Shown here piece by piece: positions 52,750-62,929 of a stretch of DNA of 64,000 nucleotides (within the stretch, counting starts at the first letter, position 1; each line of letters starts with the position of its first letter). Position numbers and translations under genes: made by a program. The notes beneath the pieces are model-generated. The model was not told where the DNA came from. It was given only the letters and a program-made list of their open reading frames with translations, and searched no databases. Source of the stretch: a virus. Location of the stretch: IMG/VR virus record IMGVR_UViG_3300045988_072631. One strand, written 5' to 3'.

Positions 52750-53340
52750 ATGGACTACAATAAATTCAAGCAGGCAAAAGCTATTGAAGCAAAGAATAAG
52801 AAGCGATTGCTGGAAGTGAATCCGTATTTGGACGAAGGAAGCGGAATCTACTTTCTTACAAGAATGGATGAAAACGGATTCAAATATGCGTATGTTGGAC
52901 AGGCGGTACATCTTTTGACCAGACTGGCTCAACATATGGTAGGTTACCAGCATATAGATCTTTCAATCAAAAAGCATGGTTTGTACTCTAAGCAAAACCA
53001 AAATGGATGGAAAATTGATTTTAATTCATATCCAGAAGTTGTGCTTAATGAAATGGAACAGCTTTTTATAAAAGAATATGCAGATCGAGGTTATCAGCTA
53101 CGCAACAAGACTTCCGGTTCACAGGGAGAGGGCAAGACGCAGATAGATGATTACAGACCGCAGAAAGGCTACAGAGACGGGATTCAGCAGGGCAGAAAGA
53201 ATATGGCTAGGGAATTATCATCTATCGCAGAAAAGCACCTTAAAATCGAAATTAGAGAGGATAAAAAGCATAATAAGGTATCGCAGAAGCAGTATGAGAA
53301 ATTTATGGATTTATTGAAAGCGGGTGAAGTAGATGGCTAA
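52750..53340 (+). CDS. GIY-YIG nuclease-domain protein
   Basis: SGIYFLTR...YAYVGQA...LTRLAQH. Confidence 0.65.
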   Translation: MDYNKFKQAKAIEAKNKKRLLEVNPYLDEGSGIYFLTRMDENGFKYAYVGQAVHLLTRLAQHMVGYQHIDLSIKKHGLYSKQNQNGWKIDFNSYPEVVLNEMEQLFIKEYADRGYQLRNKTSGSQGEGKTQIDDYRPQKGYRDGIQQGRKNMARELSSIAEKHLKIEIREDKKHNKVSQKQYEKFMDLLKAGEVDG

Positions 53341-53638
53341 AGCAGTATTGGTTATGGATATGCCGGAAACTTGTTGTGATTGCAGATTTTGCAGAGAACT
53401 ACATGAGGGAGTAGAGGCGTGTTGCGAGCTTGAAGATGAGCCGAACGATAACACACAGTGTCGGATGATTGATGATTATTGTTACTATAAACCGGACTGG
53501 TGTCCCCTTCGGGAGTTGCCGGAGCGAAAAGAGGAGCTTCCAGTTGAAAAATACGAGTTTGGCGGAATAGGAAAGGCATTTGTATCCGGCTGGAATGCAT
53601 GCCTGGATGAGATTTTGAAAGAGGGTAGGAGTGAATGA
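53333..53638 (+). CDS. Cys-rich hypothetical protein
   Basis: ORF, coupled. Confidence 0.45.
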   Translation: MAKAVLVMDMPETCCDCRFCRELHEGVEACCELEDEPNDNTQCRMIDDYCYYKPDWCPLRELPERKEELPVEKYEFGGIGKAFVSGWNACLDEILKEGRSE

Positions 53639-53988
53639 GCAAAATTAAAGGCTATACAGCGGAAGAAATCGCACGAGATGCAAAGGAAAAACTTATTAGC
53701 GATTATGAATATTGCAAGTGTGATTTAGCTGAAATCAGACGGCATGAAAAAGAAATTGCAGATATAAGACTTGATTACAATTCAAAGATAGTAAAGTACA
53801 GGATGGAAAGTGTAAACAGAGTTCTTGACTTCATAACAAGCGAATATAGGGCAGGTAGAATTTGCAACCTTGGAACGCTATTGTGTCACTGTCAAAACAA
53901 GTTGAACGGAAATATTGACGGAATAGAATTAGACCTTGATGAGCATTTAAGAGGAGTTTACTTTAAGAAAGCTGGTGATTCAGAGTGA
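53635..53988 (+). CDS. hypothetical protein
   Basis: ATGA coupling. Confidence 0.45.
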   Translation: MSKIKGYTAEEIARDAKEKLISDYEYCKCDLAEIRRHEKEIADIRLDYNSKIVKYRMESVNRVLDFITSEYRAGRICNLGTLLCHCQNKLNGNIDGIELDLDEHLRGVYFKKAGDSE

Positions 53989-54200
53989 TAACTGAACGAG
54001 ATGAATGCTGCGGTTGTGCAACGGAATCGTATCCTTGCCTTGGAGATAGTTGTCATAGAAGACATACGGCGGTGCTGATCTGCGACGAGTGTGGGGATGA
54101 AGTAGAAAAATTATACAAAGTGGACGGAATGCAGTTATGTAGCAGATGCGCTTTGAATGAACTGGAGGAAGTTGATTATGAAAGAGAAAGAGGCTATTGA
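53985..54200 (+). CDS. small zinc-binding protein
   Basis: CCGC...CDECG...CSRC. Confidence 0.45.
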   Translation: MITERDECCGCATESYPCLGDSCHRRHTAVLICDECGDEVEKLYKVDGMQLCSRCALNELEEVDYERERGY

Positions 54201-54639
54201 ATATCTGAAAACAAAATATTTGCACCCAGATAGTCCGGCTAATCCGTCAAAAGAGCTATGCATTATGCATAATGAGGCTCTTGATTTGGCAATTGCCGCC
54301 TTGAAAGAAGAGGACAAGCGGAAGAAAAAGAGTGTTACGTTAGAGCAGATCAAGGAAATTGTTGACTATTTGAATCAAGTATGCGGAACGAGATACAAAT
54401 ACAATAACAAGCAGACACAATCTTACATAAATGCCAGATTTTCCGAAGGATATACGATGGAAGATTTCAAGAACGTGATCGACAAAAAGGCAAAGGAATG
54501 GAAAGGTACGCAGTTTGAGCAGTTTTTGAAGCCCGGAACGCTGTTTTGTACCAAATTTGAGGGATACGTCAATCAGAAAGAGAAAGTCTTCAGACCAAAA
54601 GGACAGCAGGACATTCTAGGAGAGTGGAGGGATAGCTGA
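54178..54639 (+). CDS. protein with conserved phage replication C-terminal domain
   Basis: IVDYLNQVCGTRYKYNNKQTQSYINARFSEGYTMEDFKNVIDKK pattern. Confidence 0.6.
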   Translation: MKEKEAIEYLKTKYLHPDSPANPSKELCIMHNEALDLAIAALKEEDKRKKKSVTLEQIKEIVDYLNQVCGTRYKYNNKQTQSYINARFSEGYTMEDFKNVIDKKAKEWKGTQFEQFLKPGTLFCTKFEGYVNQKEKVFRPKGQQDILGEWRDS

Positions 54640-55190
54640 TGACAAGAGAAGAGACACAAAATCTTCTGGCAATGATGCAGGCAGCATATCAAAATTATAA
54701 TCCACCTAGCAAAACAGCTGCGGTAAATGTCTGGCATATGATGTTGCAGGACTTTGACTGGAAGCTTGTGCAGGCGGCATTTGTGGCATTTGTCAGAGAG
54801 AATGCCAGCGGATTTCCTCCATCTCCCGGCCAGATCATCGAAAAAATCCAACTGCTCACTAAACCGGAAGATTTAAACGAAATGGAAGCATGGGCGTTAG
54901 TGAGTAAGGCTATCAGGAGGAGTGCTTATAATAGTCGGGAAGAGTATGAGAAGCTGCCAGAATCTGTGCAGAAAGCCGTCGGTTCGTCAAATCAGTTATA
55001 CGCTTGGGCAATGGACACAGAATACAATGAAAGTGTAGTGAGCAGCCATTTTGTCAGATGCTATCGAACAATTATTGAACGGGAAAATACGATTGCGAAG
55101 ATGCCGGAGAATATCAGAAAACTTATAGGACGGGTAAACCAGAAATTGGATGGAATAGAAAGCAATGCATATAGTATAGAAGAAAAATAA
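54639..55190 (+). CDS. replisome organiser / G39P-like helicase-loader protein
   Basis: MTREETQNLLAMMQAAYQNY... N-terminus. Confidence 0.6.
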   Translation: MTREETQNLLAMMQAAYQNYNPPSKTAAVNVWHMMLQDFDWKLVQAAFVAFVRENASGFPPSPGQIIEKIQLLTKPEDLNEMEAWALVSKAIRRSAYNSREEYEKLPESVQKAVGSSNQLYAWAMDTEYNESVVSSHFVRCYRTIIERENTIAKMPENIRKLIGRVNQKLDGIESNAYSIEEK

Positions 55191-55244
55191 ATATCGGAAG
55201 GAGTGAAGAGATTTGTCCGGACAATAAAGCTAGCTTTACTCTGA

Positions 55245-55871
55245 ATGATTATGCAAGAAAATTTGATTTATGTTAAAAGATTACGGGAAAAAAGACGCAT
55301 GAATGGTTTGTGCCAGAGATGCGGAAAACCATTAGACAGGGAAGGTGCATTGTGCAAAATATGTTTAAAAGATCAGAACCAATATAAAAAAGAGACAAGA
55401 GATTGGTTACTTGATCACAAAATTTGTCCTAGATGTGGAAAAAATGATATTTTCGGAGATGAAAAATCTTGTCCTGAATGCAGGGCAAAAGAAAATAGAT
55501 ATGTAATGAAAAGCCGGGAGGGTGATGGAAGATTAGAATACAACAAAAAGCACAAGGAATGGGTGAAAAAGGAACATCACAGACGTATAGAAGTTGGAAT
55601 TTGCACTAGATGTGGTAAAAGAAAAGCAGATTATGGATTTAAAACTTGCGGTATATGCAGAGAAAAAATACGAAACCAGAAAAAAAGACTAACGTTTAGC
55701 AATAAACGTGATAACCGTGTAAAAAATGGACTGTGTTTCTTTTGCGATAGCCCTGTAAAAGAAGGGTATAAAGTCTGTGAAAAGCATTACGAAATGAATG
55801 TACAGAAGGCAAGGTCTAAAAAAGCGAAAGAAGCCAGAAATAAACTGGAAAAATCAGGAATATTATATTGA
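55245..55871 (+). CDS. multi-zinc-ribbon protein
   Basis: Four CxxC...CxxC units. Confidence 0.5.
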   Translation: MIMQENLIYVKRLREKRRMNGLCQRCGKPLDREGALCKICLKDQNQYKKETRDWLLDHKICPRCGKNDIFGDEKSCPECRAKENRYVMKSREGDGRLEYNKKHKEWVKKEHHRRIEVGICTRCGKRKADYGFKTCGICREKIRNQKKRLTFSNKRDNRVKNGLCFFCDSPVKEGYKVCEKHYEMNVQKARSKKAKEARNKLEKSGILY

Positions 55872-55874
55872 GAG

Positions 55875-56285
55875 GTGTGGCTTATGAGGTCGAATTTTAA
55901 CAGACTAAGTAAGCCGGAAGTTGATCTTATAATTAAAAAAACAAATTTTACAGAAGAGGAAGAAATGATTTTCCATATGCTCTGTCGCGGAAAGAGCCTG
56001 GATCAAATATGTTTAGAAACATTTCTTCCAAAATCTACACTATGCCGTAGGATTCATTCAATCAAAGAAAAGGTAGGAGATGATAAGGTGAAAAAGCAGG
56101 TTCCAATTTGGGAAAAAGTGACACTTACATTAGAAGAGGCTGCGGAATACAGCAACATAGGAATTAACAAAATAAGAGAGCTTTCAAATAATCCTCGATG
56201 CAATTTTGTGATTTTTGTCGGAAAAAAGCGGTTAATTAAAAGAAAAGAATTTGAGAAATACATTTCTGAGAATGTGGAATTGTAG
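55875..56285 (+). CDS. HTH protein with excisionase-like C-terminal domain
   Basis: VTLTLEEAAEYSNIGINKIRELS, directly upstream of the integrase. Confidence 0.5.
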   Translation: MWLMRSNFNRLSKPEVDLIIKKTNFTEEEEMIFHMLCRGKSLDQICLETFLPKSTLCRRIHSIKEKVGDDKVKKQVPIWEKVTLTLEEAAEYSNIGINKIRELSNNPRCNFVIFVGKKRLIKRKEFEKYISENVEL

Positions 56286-56292
56286 ACTTTTG

Positions 56293-56330
56293 AAGCCTTA
56301 TGTGATAATATTTAATATTGCATAAGGCTT
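56293..56330. repeat. 10-bp inverted repeat AAGCCTTATG/CATAAGGCTT around an AT-rich loop
   Basis: Read directly; AAGCCTTATG recurs at 57740-57749. Confidence 0.5.
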
Positions 56331-56357
56331 TTCTCATAAAGAAAGGAGAGGCGAAAC

Positions 56358-57488
56358 GTGGGAAAAGACTTGAAAGGAAAAGAACTTGGATCTGGAATCA
56401 GTCAGAGGAAAGATGGATACTATATTGGGCGGTATACGACAAGAGACGGGAAACGAGTTCAAAAAATTTTTAGAAAGTTGCAAGAGTGCAGGAAATGGGT
56501 TGCGGATTCTCAGTATTTAGAATCACATTCCAATATAGATTTTCCGGTAAATATGCTTGTTTCCGAGTGGTACAAATACTGGATAGCTGTCAAAGAAAAA
56601 ACAATAAGACTGAACACGTTAGACAATTACAAAGACCGATACAGAATGAATATAGAACCTGTATTGGGACAAAAATTGTTGCGTGATGTAAGCATGATAG
56701 ATTGTCAAAGAGTATTGAATAGGATGGCAGATGAAGGATATAAAAACACTTCCATTATGCAGGCGAAAGCAACTTTACATAATATGCTAGATTATGCATA
56801 TCAGAATAATGTTTTGAGCAAAAATCCTTGCACAAAAGTTGTTCAATATAATATTGGCGAAAAATCTTCAAATAGAGAGGCGCTTTCAATTGATGAGCAA
56901 AGAAAAATACTTAAAGCTATTTCTGGGAACAAGTACGAAAAACAATATCGTTTTGCATTGCAGACGGGTTTACGCGCCGGAGAACTAATTGGTCTTGAAT
57001 GGAAAGATGTAGATTTTGGGAACAAAACAATTTCAGTCAAAAGGACATGCAGATACAAATACAAATTAAAGGAATGGCGAATAGGAGATCCCAAAAGCAG
57101 AAATGGAAAACGAACAATACCACTTACAGAAGAAGCATTTGAAATTTTGAAGGAGCAAAAGAAAATAGACAATGGCTTAAAAGTGTTAGAGTTCAAATGG
57201 AAAGATACAGTTTTTTTAAGACTTGATGGAAAGCCAGCCAATAACACAGAGTTGGATATTGAGTTGTATACTGTATGCAAAAAGAATGGACTTCCTAAAA
57301 TATCAATGCATATTTTAAGACACACTTTTGCTACCAGATGCGCAGAAGCAGGAATGATTCCGAAAACATTGCAAATGATATTGGGTCATTCTAATATAAC
57401 AACAACAATGAACATATATGTTCATGCCACGGAAGATCAGAAAAAGAAGGAAATGAATATGGTTGAGGAAGCTCTTAGAGTGGTGTAA
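56358..57488 (+). CDS. int: tyrosine recombinase/integrase
   Basis: HILRHTFATR...LGHSNITTTMNIYVH C-terminal catalytic motifs; GTG start. Confidence 0.9.
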   Translation: MGKDLKGKELGSGISQRKDGYYIGRYTTRDGKRVQKIFRKLQECRKWVADSQYLESHSNIDFPVNMLVSEWYKYWIAVKEKTIRLNTLDNYKDRYRMNIEPVLGQKLLRDVSMIDCQRVLNRMADEGYKNTSIMQAKATLHNMLDYAYQNNVLSKNPCTKVVQYNIGEKSSNREALSIDEQRKILKAISGNKYEKQYRFALQTGLRAGELIGLEWKDVDFGNKTISVKRTCRYKYKLKEWRIGDPKSRNGKRTIPLTEEAFEILKEQKKIDNGLKVLEFKWKDTVFLRLDGKPANNTELDIELYTVCKKNGLPKISMHILRHTFATRCAEAGMIPKTLQMILGHSNITTTMNIYVHATEDQKKKEMNMVEEALRVV

Positions 57489-57734
57489 TTGGTACATAAT
57501 TGGTACAAAATGAATTTTTAATTTTCAAAAAACGTTGATAAATCAACAAAAAATGAGCAAAAAAGAAAAAATTAAAATTATTGAGAAAAATATACTTAGG
57601 AAGGAGCTGATTCTCATTATAACTTGTTAAAGTCCTACGAATGCTTATATTTAAAGGATTTTTGATAATTTCATGTTCACGTAGTTCATTATAATTATTT
57701 ATATTTTTCAATAAATTGGTACATAAATGGTACA
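57487..57734. promoter_or_regulatory. candidate attP/arm-site region
   Basis: AT-rich; AATTGGTACATAATTGGTACA (57487-57507) and AATTGGTACATAAATGGTACA (57714-57734); palindrome GTTGATAAATCAAC. Confidence 0.4.
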
Positions 57735-57832
57735 TAGAAAAGCCTTATGCGAATGAGAATATTATGAGAAGAAAACGAAAATTTTCTTCTCTTTTTTTAT
57801 GCCAGAATATAAACAGAAGGAGGGAGAAAAGA

Positions 57833-57976
57833 GTGTTTTCAGATGAAATTTTAGAAAAGATTTTTGCCCGGAAAGAATTGCAGAGACTTGATCTACAGAC
57901 ACAATCCGAAGTCATTCATGCAATCGAGGAAGTTTTAGAGGAGGTAAAGGAAGATGCCGGTTCCGTATCAGAATAA
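57833..57976 (+). CDS. small acidic protein (47 aa)
   Basis: GTG after GGAGGGAG. Confidence 0.35.
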   Translation: MFSDEILEKIFARKELQRLDLQTQSEVIHAIEEVLEEVKEDAGSVSE

Positions 57977-58475
57977 TATGTATCCACAGATGCCGTATGG
58001 CCAGCAACAGTACGGTGTAAATTCATATCTTCCGTATATGCAGCCAAGATTTCAGCAACCGGAAGTTCCAGTGCAGCAGGTTCAGCAACAGACTCAACCG
58101 GTGCAACAGATGCCAAGGGGACTTAACGGAATGGTCGTGCAGGCAATTGAAAACGTGACAGCTGATTGTGTGCCTATGGACGGATCAGCAGCTTTCTTTC
58201 CAAAACAGGACTTGTCAGAAATCTATGTTAAAAGTTGGTGCGCTGATGGAACAATACGCACATTGACCTATAAACCGGTTCAACCAAATACACCCAAAGA
58301 AGTACAAGCTAACGAAGATAAAATGGCTTCTGGACTCGTACAGAACGTCACAGAGGTATTTGAGAGACGCTTCAACGAGCTTTCCGAAAAGATTGACCGG
58401 TTGGAACTGTCAATAGCCAGACCAGGAACAAAAGGAAGAACTGCCACAGTGAAAAAGGATGGTGAATCTGAATGA
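57954..58475 (+). CDS. Q/P/Y-rich N-terminus protein
   Basis: ORF; low-complexity N-terminus, globular C-terminal part. Confidence 0.5.
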   Translation: MPVPYQNNMYPQMPYGQQQYGVNSYLPYMQPRFQQPEVPVQQVQQQTQPVQQMPRGLNGMVVQAIENVTADCVPMDGSAAFFPKQDLSEIYVKSWCADGTIRTLTYKPVQPNTPKEVQANEDKMASGLVQNVTEVFERRFNELSEKIDRLELSIARPGTKGRTATVKKDGESE

Positions 58476-58702
58476 ATCCGATGAATTTAATGCAGATGTT
58501 TCAAAATCCACAGCAGTTTATGCAAAACATTATGGGAAACAACCAGATAATGAGCAATCCAATGGTAAGAAATATAATGAATATGGCTCAAAGAGGAGAT
58601 ATACAAGGCATAGAGAAATTTGGAAGGAACATTGCAAAAGAAAAGGGAATTGATTTTGATAAAGCATTTGCTGAATTTAAAACCCAATTCCCCATAAAAT
58701 AG
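58472..58702 (+). CDS. M/N/Q-rich small protein
   Basis: ATGA coupling. Confidence 0.45.
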   Translation: MNPMNLMQMFQNPQQFMQNIMGNNQIMSNPMVRNIMNMAQRGDIQGIEKFGRNIAKEKGIDFDKAFAEFKTQFPIK

Positions 58703-59518
58703 CTATTTGGACTTTGGAGCAAAAACTTTTTCTAGTGGCCATTTTTTTTGCAGGCGTTTGGATAAAGATTGATCGCTTATTCCGATTTCTGTTGCCCATT
58801 CATGAAGAGTCTTTGAAACTCCGTTATATTCAATGATTCTGTTTGTTGACTTGTTTGTAGATTGAATTTTGGAATCAGCCCATCTGCAATTTTCTGGACA
58901 GTAATTTTTATCATTGTTTATTCGGTCTAAGGAAAAGCCATTTGGTCTTCCTCCGACAGAAATAGACCACGAAACAAAACTCCAAAAATTATGCCATTCA
59001 TTGCACACTTTGATTCCTCTAGCGCCATACCGGTAAAATTTTGGGTGATTTGGATTTTCGCATCTTCCAAGCATGTTTTTCCAAAGTCCATAAAGTTCGT
59101 TGGCGCTTCTCCCGTCCAAGTAGTTTGGACTGTTTTTGAGCAAGCAACCGCAACTTTTTATAGATCCTTTTTTGAATTGATATGGTAAAACTTCTGTAGT
59201 TTTACCACAATCGCATAGACAAATTAGCTTTGTTCTTCCCTTTGGCTCTTTGTGTGTGGAAACAACAGTTAAAAGATTATTTCTTTTTCCGATGTAATCT
59301 TCCGGCTTTATTCTTGCGGGAGACTCGTTAGAAAACAAACATTTTCCGCAGGATTTCTGATGTCCTTTTATAACTAGGTCAGGAGCGAGAGAGATTTCTC
59401 TTCCGCAGTCACATAGAAACAAAAAACAATTAGGAACATTTGACTCAATAGCTTTTCCTAAAACTTTTAGGTGACCATATTTTTTGCCAATATAGTCTTC
59501 AATTTTGTATTTGAGCAT
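58703..59518 (-). CDS. homing-endonuclease-like DNA-binding protein (zinc ribbons plus DRINN...NCRW motif)
   Basis: YGARGIKVCNEW...LDRINNDKNYCPENCRWA pattern; opposite strand to its neighbours. Confidence 0.45.
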   Translation of the reverse strand: MLKYKIEDYIGKKYGHLKVLGKAIESNVPNCFLFLCDCGREISLAPDLVIKGHQKSCGKCLFSNESPARIKPEDYIGKRNNLLTVVSTHKEPKGRTKLICLCDCGKTTEVLPYQFKKGSIKSCGCLLKNSPNYLDGRSANELYGLWKNMLGRCENPNHPKFYRYGARGIKVCNEWHNFWSFVSWSISVGGRPNGFSLDRINNDKNYCPENCRWADSKIQSTNKSTNRIIEYNGVSKTLHEWATEIGISDQSLSKRLQKKWPLEKVFAPKSK

Positions 59519-59700
59519 AAAAATAACACCTGTCCTTTCAGTGTAAATGTCCTATACAAGTTTGATGTACGGAAACTGTTAGGACAAACAGCTTTCGGGA
59601 GCTACCCTATCCGTACACAAATATTATACAACAAGTTTTATAAAAAAGATACTAATTTCTTGCAAGAATTAAGTATATATCAATTTCAGGAGGTAAAATC

Positions 59701-60468
59701 ATGTTTAATTCAAACACACCTTTTACAATGCCGGTAACTCCTGCTTATGGCAACGGAGGAGATGGCTTTGGAGATGGCAATGGATGGTGGATCATCCTGT
59801 TTGTTCTGTTTTTCGTATTCGGAGGATGGGGAAATGGAGGCTGGGGAGGAAACGGTTCCAACTCTAGCTATTATACGGATTCTGCGATCCAGCGTGGATT
59901 TGATAATCAGGCGGTTATCAGCAAACTTGACGGAATTTCTAATGGATTGTGTGATGGCTTTTACGCCGTGAATAACGGTATGCTTACCGGATTCAATGGA
60001 ATCAACACAAACATCATGCAGACCGGATTCGGAATCCAGCAGGCAATCAATGCAGATACCATTGCCAATATGCAGAACACCAATGCATTGCAGGCACAGA
60101 TTGCAAATTGCTGCTGCGAAAACCGTGAAGCTATTCAGGGTGTAAACTACAACATGGCACAGAATACCTGCGCTTTGCAGAACACAATGAACAGCAACAC
60201 CAGAGACATCATCGACAGCCAGAATGCAGGAACCCGTGCAATCCTTGACTATCTGTGTCAGGAAAAAATCTCTACTCTTCAGGCAGAGAATAATGATCTT
60301 CGTCAAGCAGCTTCTCAGGATCGCCAGAGCGCACTGCTCACCACTGCAATGTCTGCTCAGACACAGCAGATCATTGATGCGGTACGTCCGACACCGGTTC
60401 CATCATATCCGGCATCTAACCTTTATGGTTATGCAGGTTGCGGATGCAACGCAGGCTGCGGATGCTGA
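59701..60468 (+). CDS. Gly/Trp-rich membrane-anchored, N/Q-rich, Cys-tailed protein
   Basis: AGGAGG RBS; WWIILFVLFFVFGGWG TM; NCCCEN and C-terminal GCGCNAGCGC. Confidence 0.55.
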   Translation: MFNSNTPFTMPVTPAYGNGGDGFGDGNGWWIILFVLFFVFGGWGNGGWGGNGSNSSYYTDSAIQRGFDNQAVISKLDGISNGLCDGFYAVNNGMLTGFNGINTNIMQTGFGIQQAINADTIANMQNTNALQAQIANCCCENREAIQGVNYNMAQNTCALQNTMNSNTRDIIDSQNAGTRAILDYLCQEKISTLQAENNDLRQAASQDRQSALLTTAMSAQTQQIIDAVRPTPVPSYPASNLYGYAGCGCNAGCGC

Positions 60469-60524
60469 CAACAGAATAATTGTAACTTAACCAAACAGGT
60501 TATGTCTGCATAGCAGAATTACAC

Positions 60525-60556
60525 AGGGCAGGCTTAACGGTCTGCCCTTATCATTT
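60525..60556 (+). terminator. hairpin AGGGCAG/CTGCCCT
   Basis: Read directly; weak T tract. Confidence 0.35.
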
Positions 60557-60571
60557 ATGGAGGTAAATATT

Positions 60572-60994
60572 ATGGCTGAATTTGTAACTGTAGCTGCGCA
60601 GGAAGTAGCACAGAACGGAAATGTGGTTTTTTCAAACACAGCGGTAAAAGCAGGAAACTGCATCAAACACCGGGAAGGTTCCGGAATCATCACTTTAAGA
60701 GGACTTACTAACCAGTGTCGTGCAAGATATTTTGTGGATTTTTCCGCAAATATCGCAGTACCAGCAGGCGGAACAGCAGGTGAAATTTCTCTGGCAATCG
60801 CAATCAGTGGAGAACCGGTTCTTTCATCTCAAATGCGTTCCACTCCGGCAGCAGTATCGCAGTATAACAACGTGTCCGCTGGAATCTATGTAGATGTCCC
60901 GGCAGGATGTTGCGTGAACATTGCGGTTGAAAATACCAGTACGCAGGCTATTGACGTAGCAAATGCCAATATCGTTGTAACGAGGGAGGCGTAA
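60572..60994 (+). CDS. beta-rich 141-aa protein (jelly-roll/BclA-C-like by composition)
   Basis: GGAGG RBS 7 nt before ATG 60572. Confidence 0.5.
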   Translation: MAEFVTVAAQEVAQNGNVVFSNTAVKAGNCIKHREGSGIITLRGLTNQCRARYFVDFSANIAVPAGGTAGEISLAIAISGEPVLSSQMRSTPAAVSQYNNVSAGIYVDVPAGCCVNIAVENTSTQAIDVANANIVVTREA

Positions 60995-60999
60995 AAGCT

Positions 61000-61647
61000 A
61001 TGGATGTTAAGAGAATGTATTGCATGATTGAAAAGCTAGCTGAATGTGCCGAAAAACAGTTTGATGCCGGAATCGAAAACATTGATACTGCTGAGATGGG
61101 ACAGGTCGTAGACATGATGAAAGATCTGGCAGAAGCTATGTACTATCGGGAGCTGACAAAAGCCATGCAGGAATTTGATACAGAAGATGTAATGGAAATG
61201 CTTGACCGTTATGGAGATGGACGGAAGTTTTACGATCATTACCGGTATGCAGATGGAAGATTTGCACCGAAAGGACGCGGAACATACCGTCGTGGCTATG
61301 AGGAGCCGCCTTACTACCACATGACACCGGAAATGTACCGGAACATGGAGCAGTACCGGGATATGGACAGAGGATCTGGCAGAATGTATTATACCGAGCC
61401 GTCTATGAGTTCTGACTCTGGCAGCCACATGGAAAGCCGGTATGATATGGCAAAGCGTAATTATACCGAGAGCAAAGAACTTCACCGTGGCAATACGGCA
61501 GAAGACAAGGAACACAAAATGAAAGAGTTGGAAAAATACATGCGTGAGATCGGTTCTGACATTGCGGAAGTGATTTCTGATGCATCATCAGAGGAAAAAG
61601 CTCTTCTTAAGCAAAAAATGCAGGTTATCATGCAGAAAATCCAGTAA
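61000..61647 (+). CDS. Tyr/Arg/Met/acidic-rich protein
   Basis: ORF. Confidence 0.5.
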   Translation: MDVKRMYCMIEKLAECAEKQFDAGIENIDTAEMGQVVDMMKDLAEAMYYRELTKAMQEFDTEDVMEMLDRYGDGRKFYDHYRYADGRFAPKGRGTYRRGYEEPPYYHMTPEMYRNMEQYRDMDRGSGRMYYTEPSMSSDSGSHMESRYDMAKRNYTESKELHRGNTAEDKEHKMKELEKYMREIGSDIAEVISDASSEEKALLKQKMQVIMQKIQ

Positions 61648-61693
61648 AAGTGCAGGGTGGTGCGGTTTTGCATCACCCTTTTGAGGTGCAATT

Positions 61694-62023
61694 ATGTTTG
61701 AAATTAATGGAATAAAATGGAATATAGAATTTGTTCCGGTTACAAGTCCATTTCTGACGCGCTCTGACGGCTCGCAAAGCGTTGGAGTGACAGATGCCAA
61801 CACTTCTACGGTTTACCTGTCAAACAGGCTTAAAGGGGCATTTCTGCGACGTGTGACGGCACACGAACTCTGCCATTGCTTCTGCTTCTCATATGACATT
61901 CATATGCCGATAGAACAGGAAGAGTACATGGCAGACTGGATAAGTCTGTATGGGTCAGATTTGGTATATTTGTTGGATGATATATTATCTGCAACTAATA
62001 ATGAAAAGCAATGCGCTAGGTAG
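61694..62023 (+). CDS. small HExxH metallopeptidase-like protein
   Basis: TAHELCHC motif; similar layout to 14914-15237. Confidence 0.5.
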   Translation: MFEINGIKWNIEFVPVTSPFLTRSDGSQSVGVTDANTSTVYLSNRLKGAFLRRVTAHELCHCFCFSYDIHMPIEQEEYMADWISLYGSDLVYLLDDILSATNNEKQCAR

Positions 62024-62038
62024 ATGCTTAATGAAGTT

Positions 62039-62695
62039 TTATATTTCTGATTCGGATTGTTTGAGTTCTTTTAACTTTTGATTCCGTTTCTTTTCTCGTT
62101 CCCTTTTTCGCCGTAATCGTTCTTCTTCTGGCATTTTTACACGAGGAATTGCTTTCTTTGTTGGAGGAAAATCTTTCCTTGCTTTGTTCTCTTCAAAAAA
62201 GTTTAAAAGTTTCCAACCTTGATATGAAGTTGCTTTTCCTTTTTTACCGAGAAGAGCACGTTTTACATCAACTATTCCTCTTGCAAATTTTGAGGGTTCG
62301 CACGGAAGTTTGTCTGCATTTTTTCTTGCCCAATGAGACAAGTTGTTTATTTCGTATATATTTCCTGCTGGGTCTTTTAAAATCCAGCTTTTGGCTTTGC
62401 TGTTTGTTTCAAAATCTCCACTATTCGGATTTGTCTTAAATTTTTCCCATGCAAGTTCCAACTTCTTTTTATTAGATTCGCTTTTTCCTTCGCAAGAACG
62501 GTTGATTTTTTCGCACTCCGGACTGCAAGTTTTAACTTCTGAAGAAGGTGCCGCCCAGAATTCTTTTCCACAAATTATGCATTTTCTTTTATTTCTCACA
62601 CCTATAGTTCTGCATTTTACGGAACAGTATAATTTGTTTCTTCCTTTATCCTTGCCGCAAATAATACACTTGTTAAAATCATTCATATAATCCAC
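62039..62695 (-). CDS. zinc-finger/basic-tail hypothetical protein
   Basis: GTG start; CIICGK repeats. Confidence 0.5.
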   Translation of the reverse strand: MDYMNDFNKCIICGKDKGRNKLYCSVKCRTIGVRNKRKCIICGKEFWAAPSSEVKTCSPECEKINRSCEGKSESNKKKLELAWEKFKTNPNSGDFETNSKAKSWILKDPAGNIYEINNLSHWARKNADKLPCEPSKFARGIVDVKRALLGKKGKATSYQGWKLLNFFEENKARKDFPPTKKAIPRVKMPEEERLRRKREREKKRNQKLKELKQSESEI

Positions 62696-62929
62696 AGCCT
62701 TTTATTATCATGATTTACTTCCCAGTTATTTTTTCTCCAAAAATTTCTAGGAGATTTTAATACCCCCCTATATCACGTTTTCTCATCCAAAAATCGGTTA
62801 CAGGGTCGGTGAAAAAGTGGTGAAATTTTCCGAAAATTTTTTTGAAATTTCCTTGTTACGGAAGGTGAAATGGTCGATCTGAACAGGCCACCGGCGTTTC
62901 ACTTGGTGACGTTGGTACGCCATCCAGCG

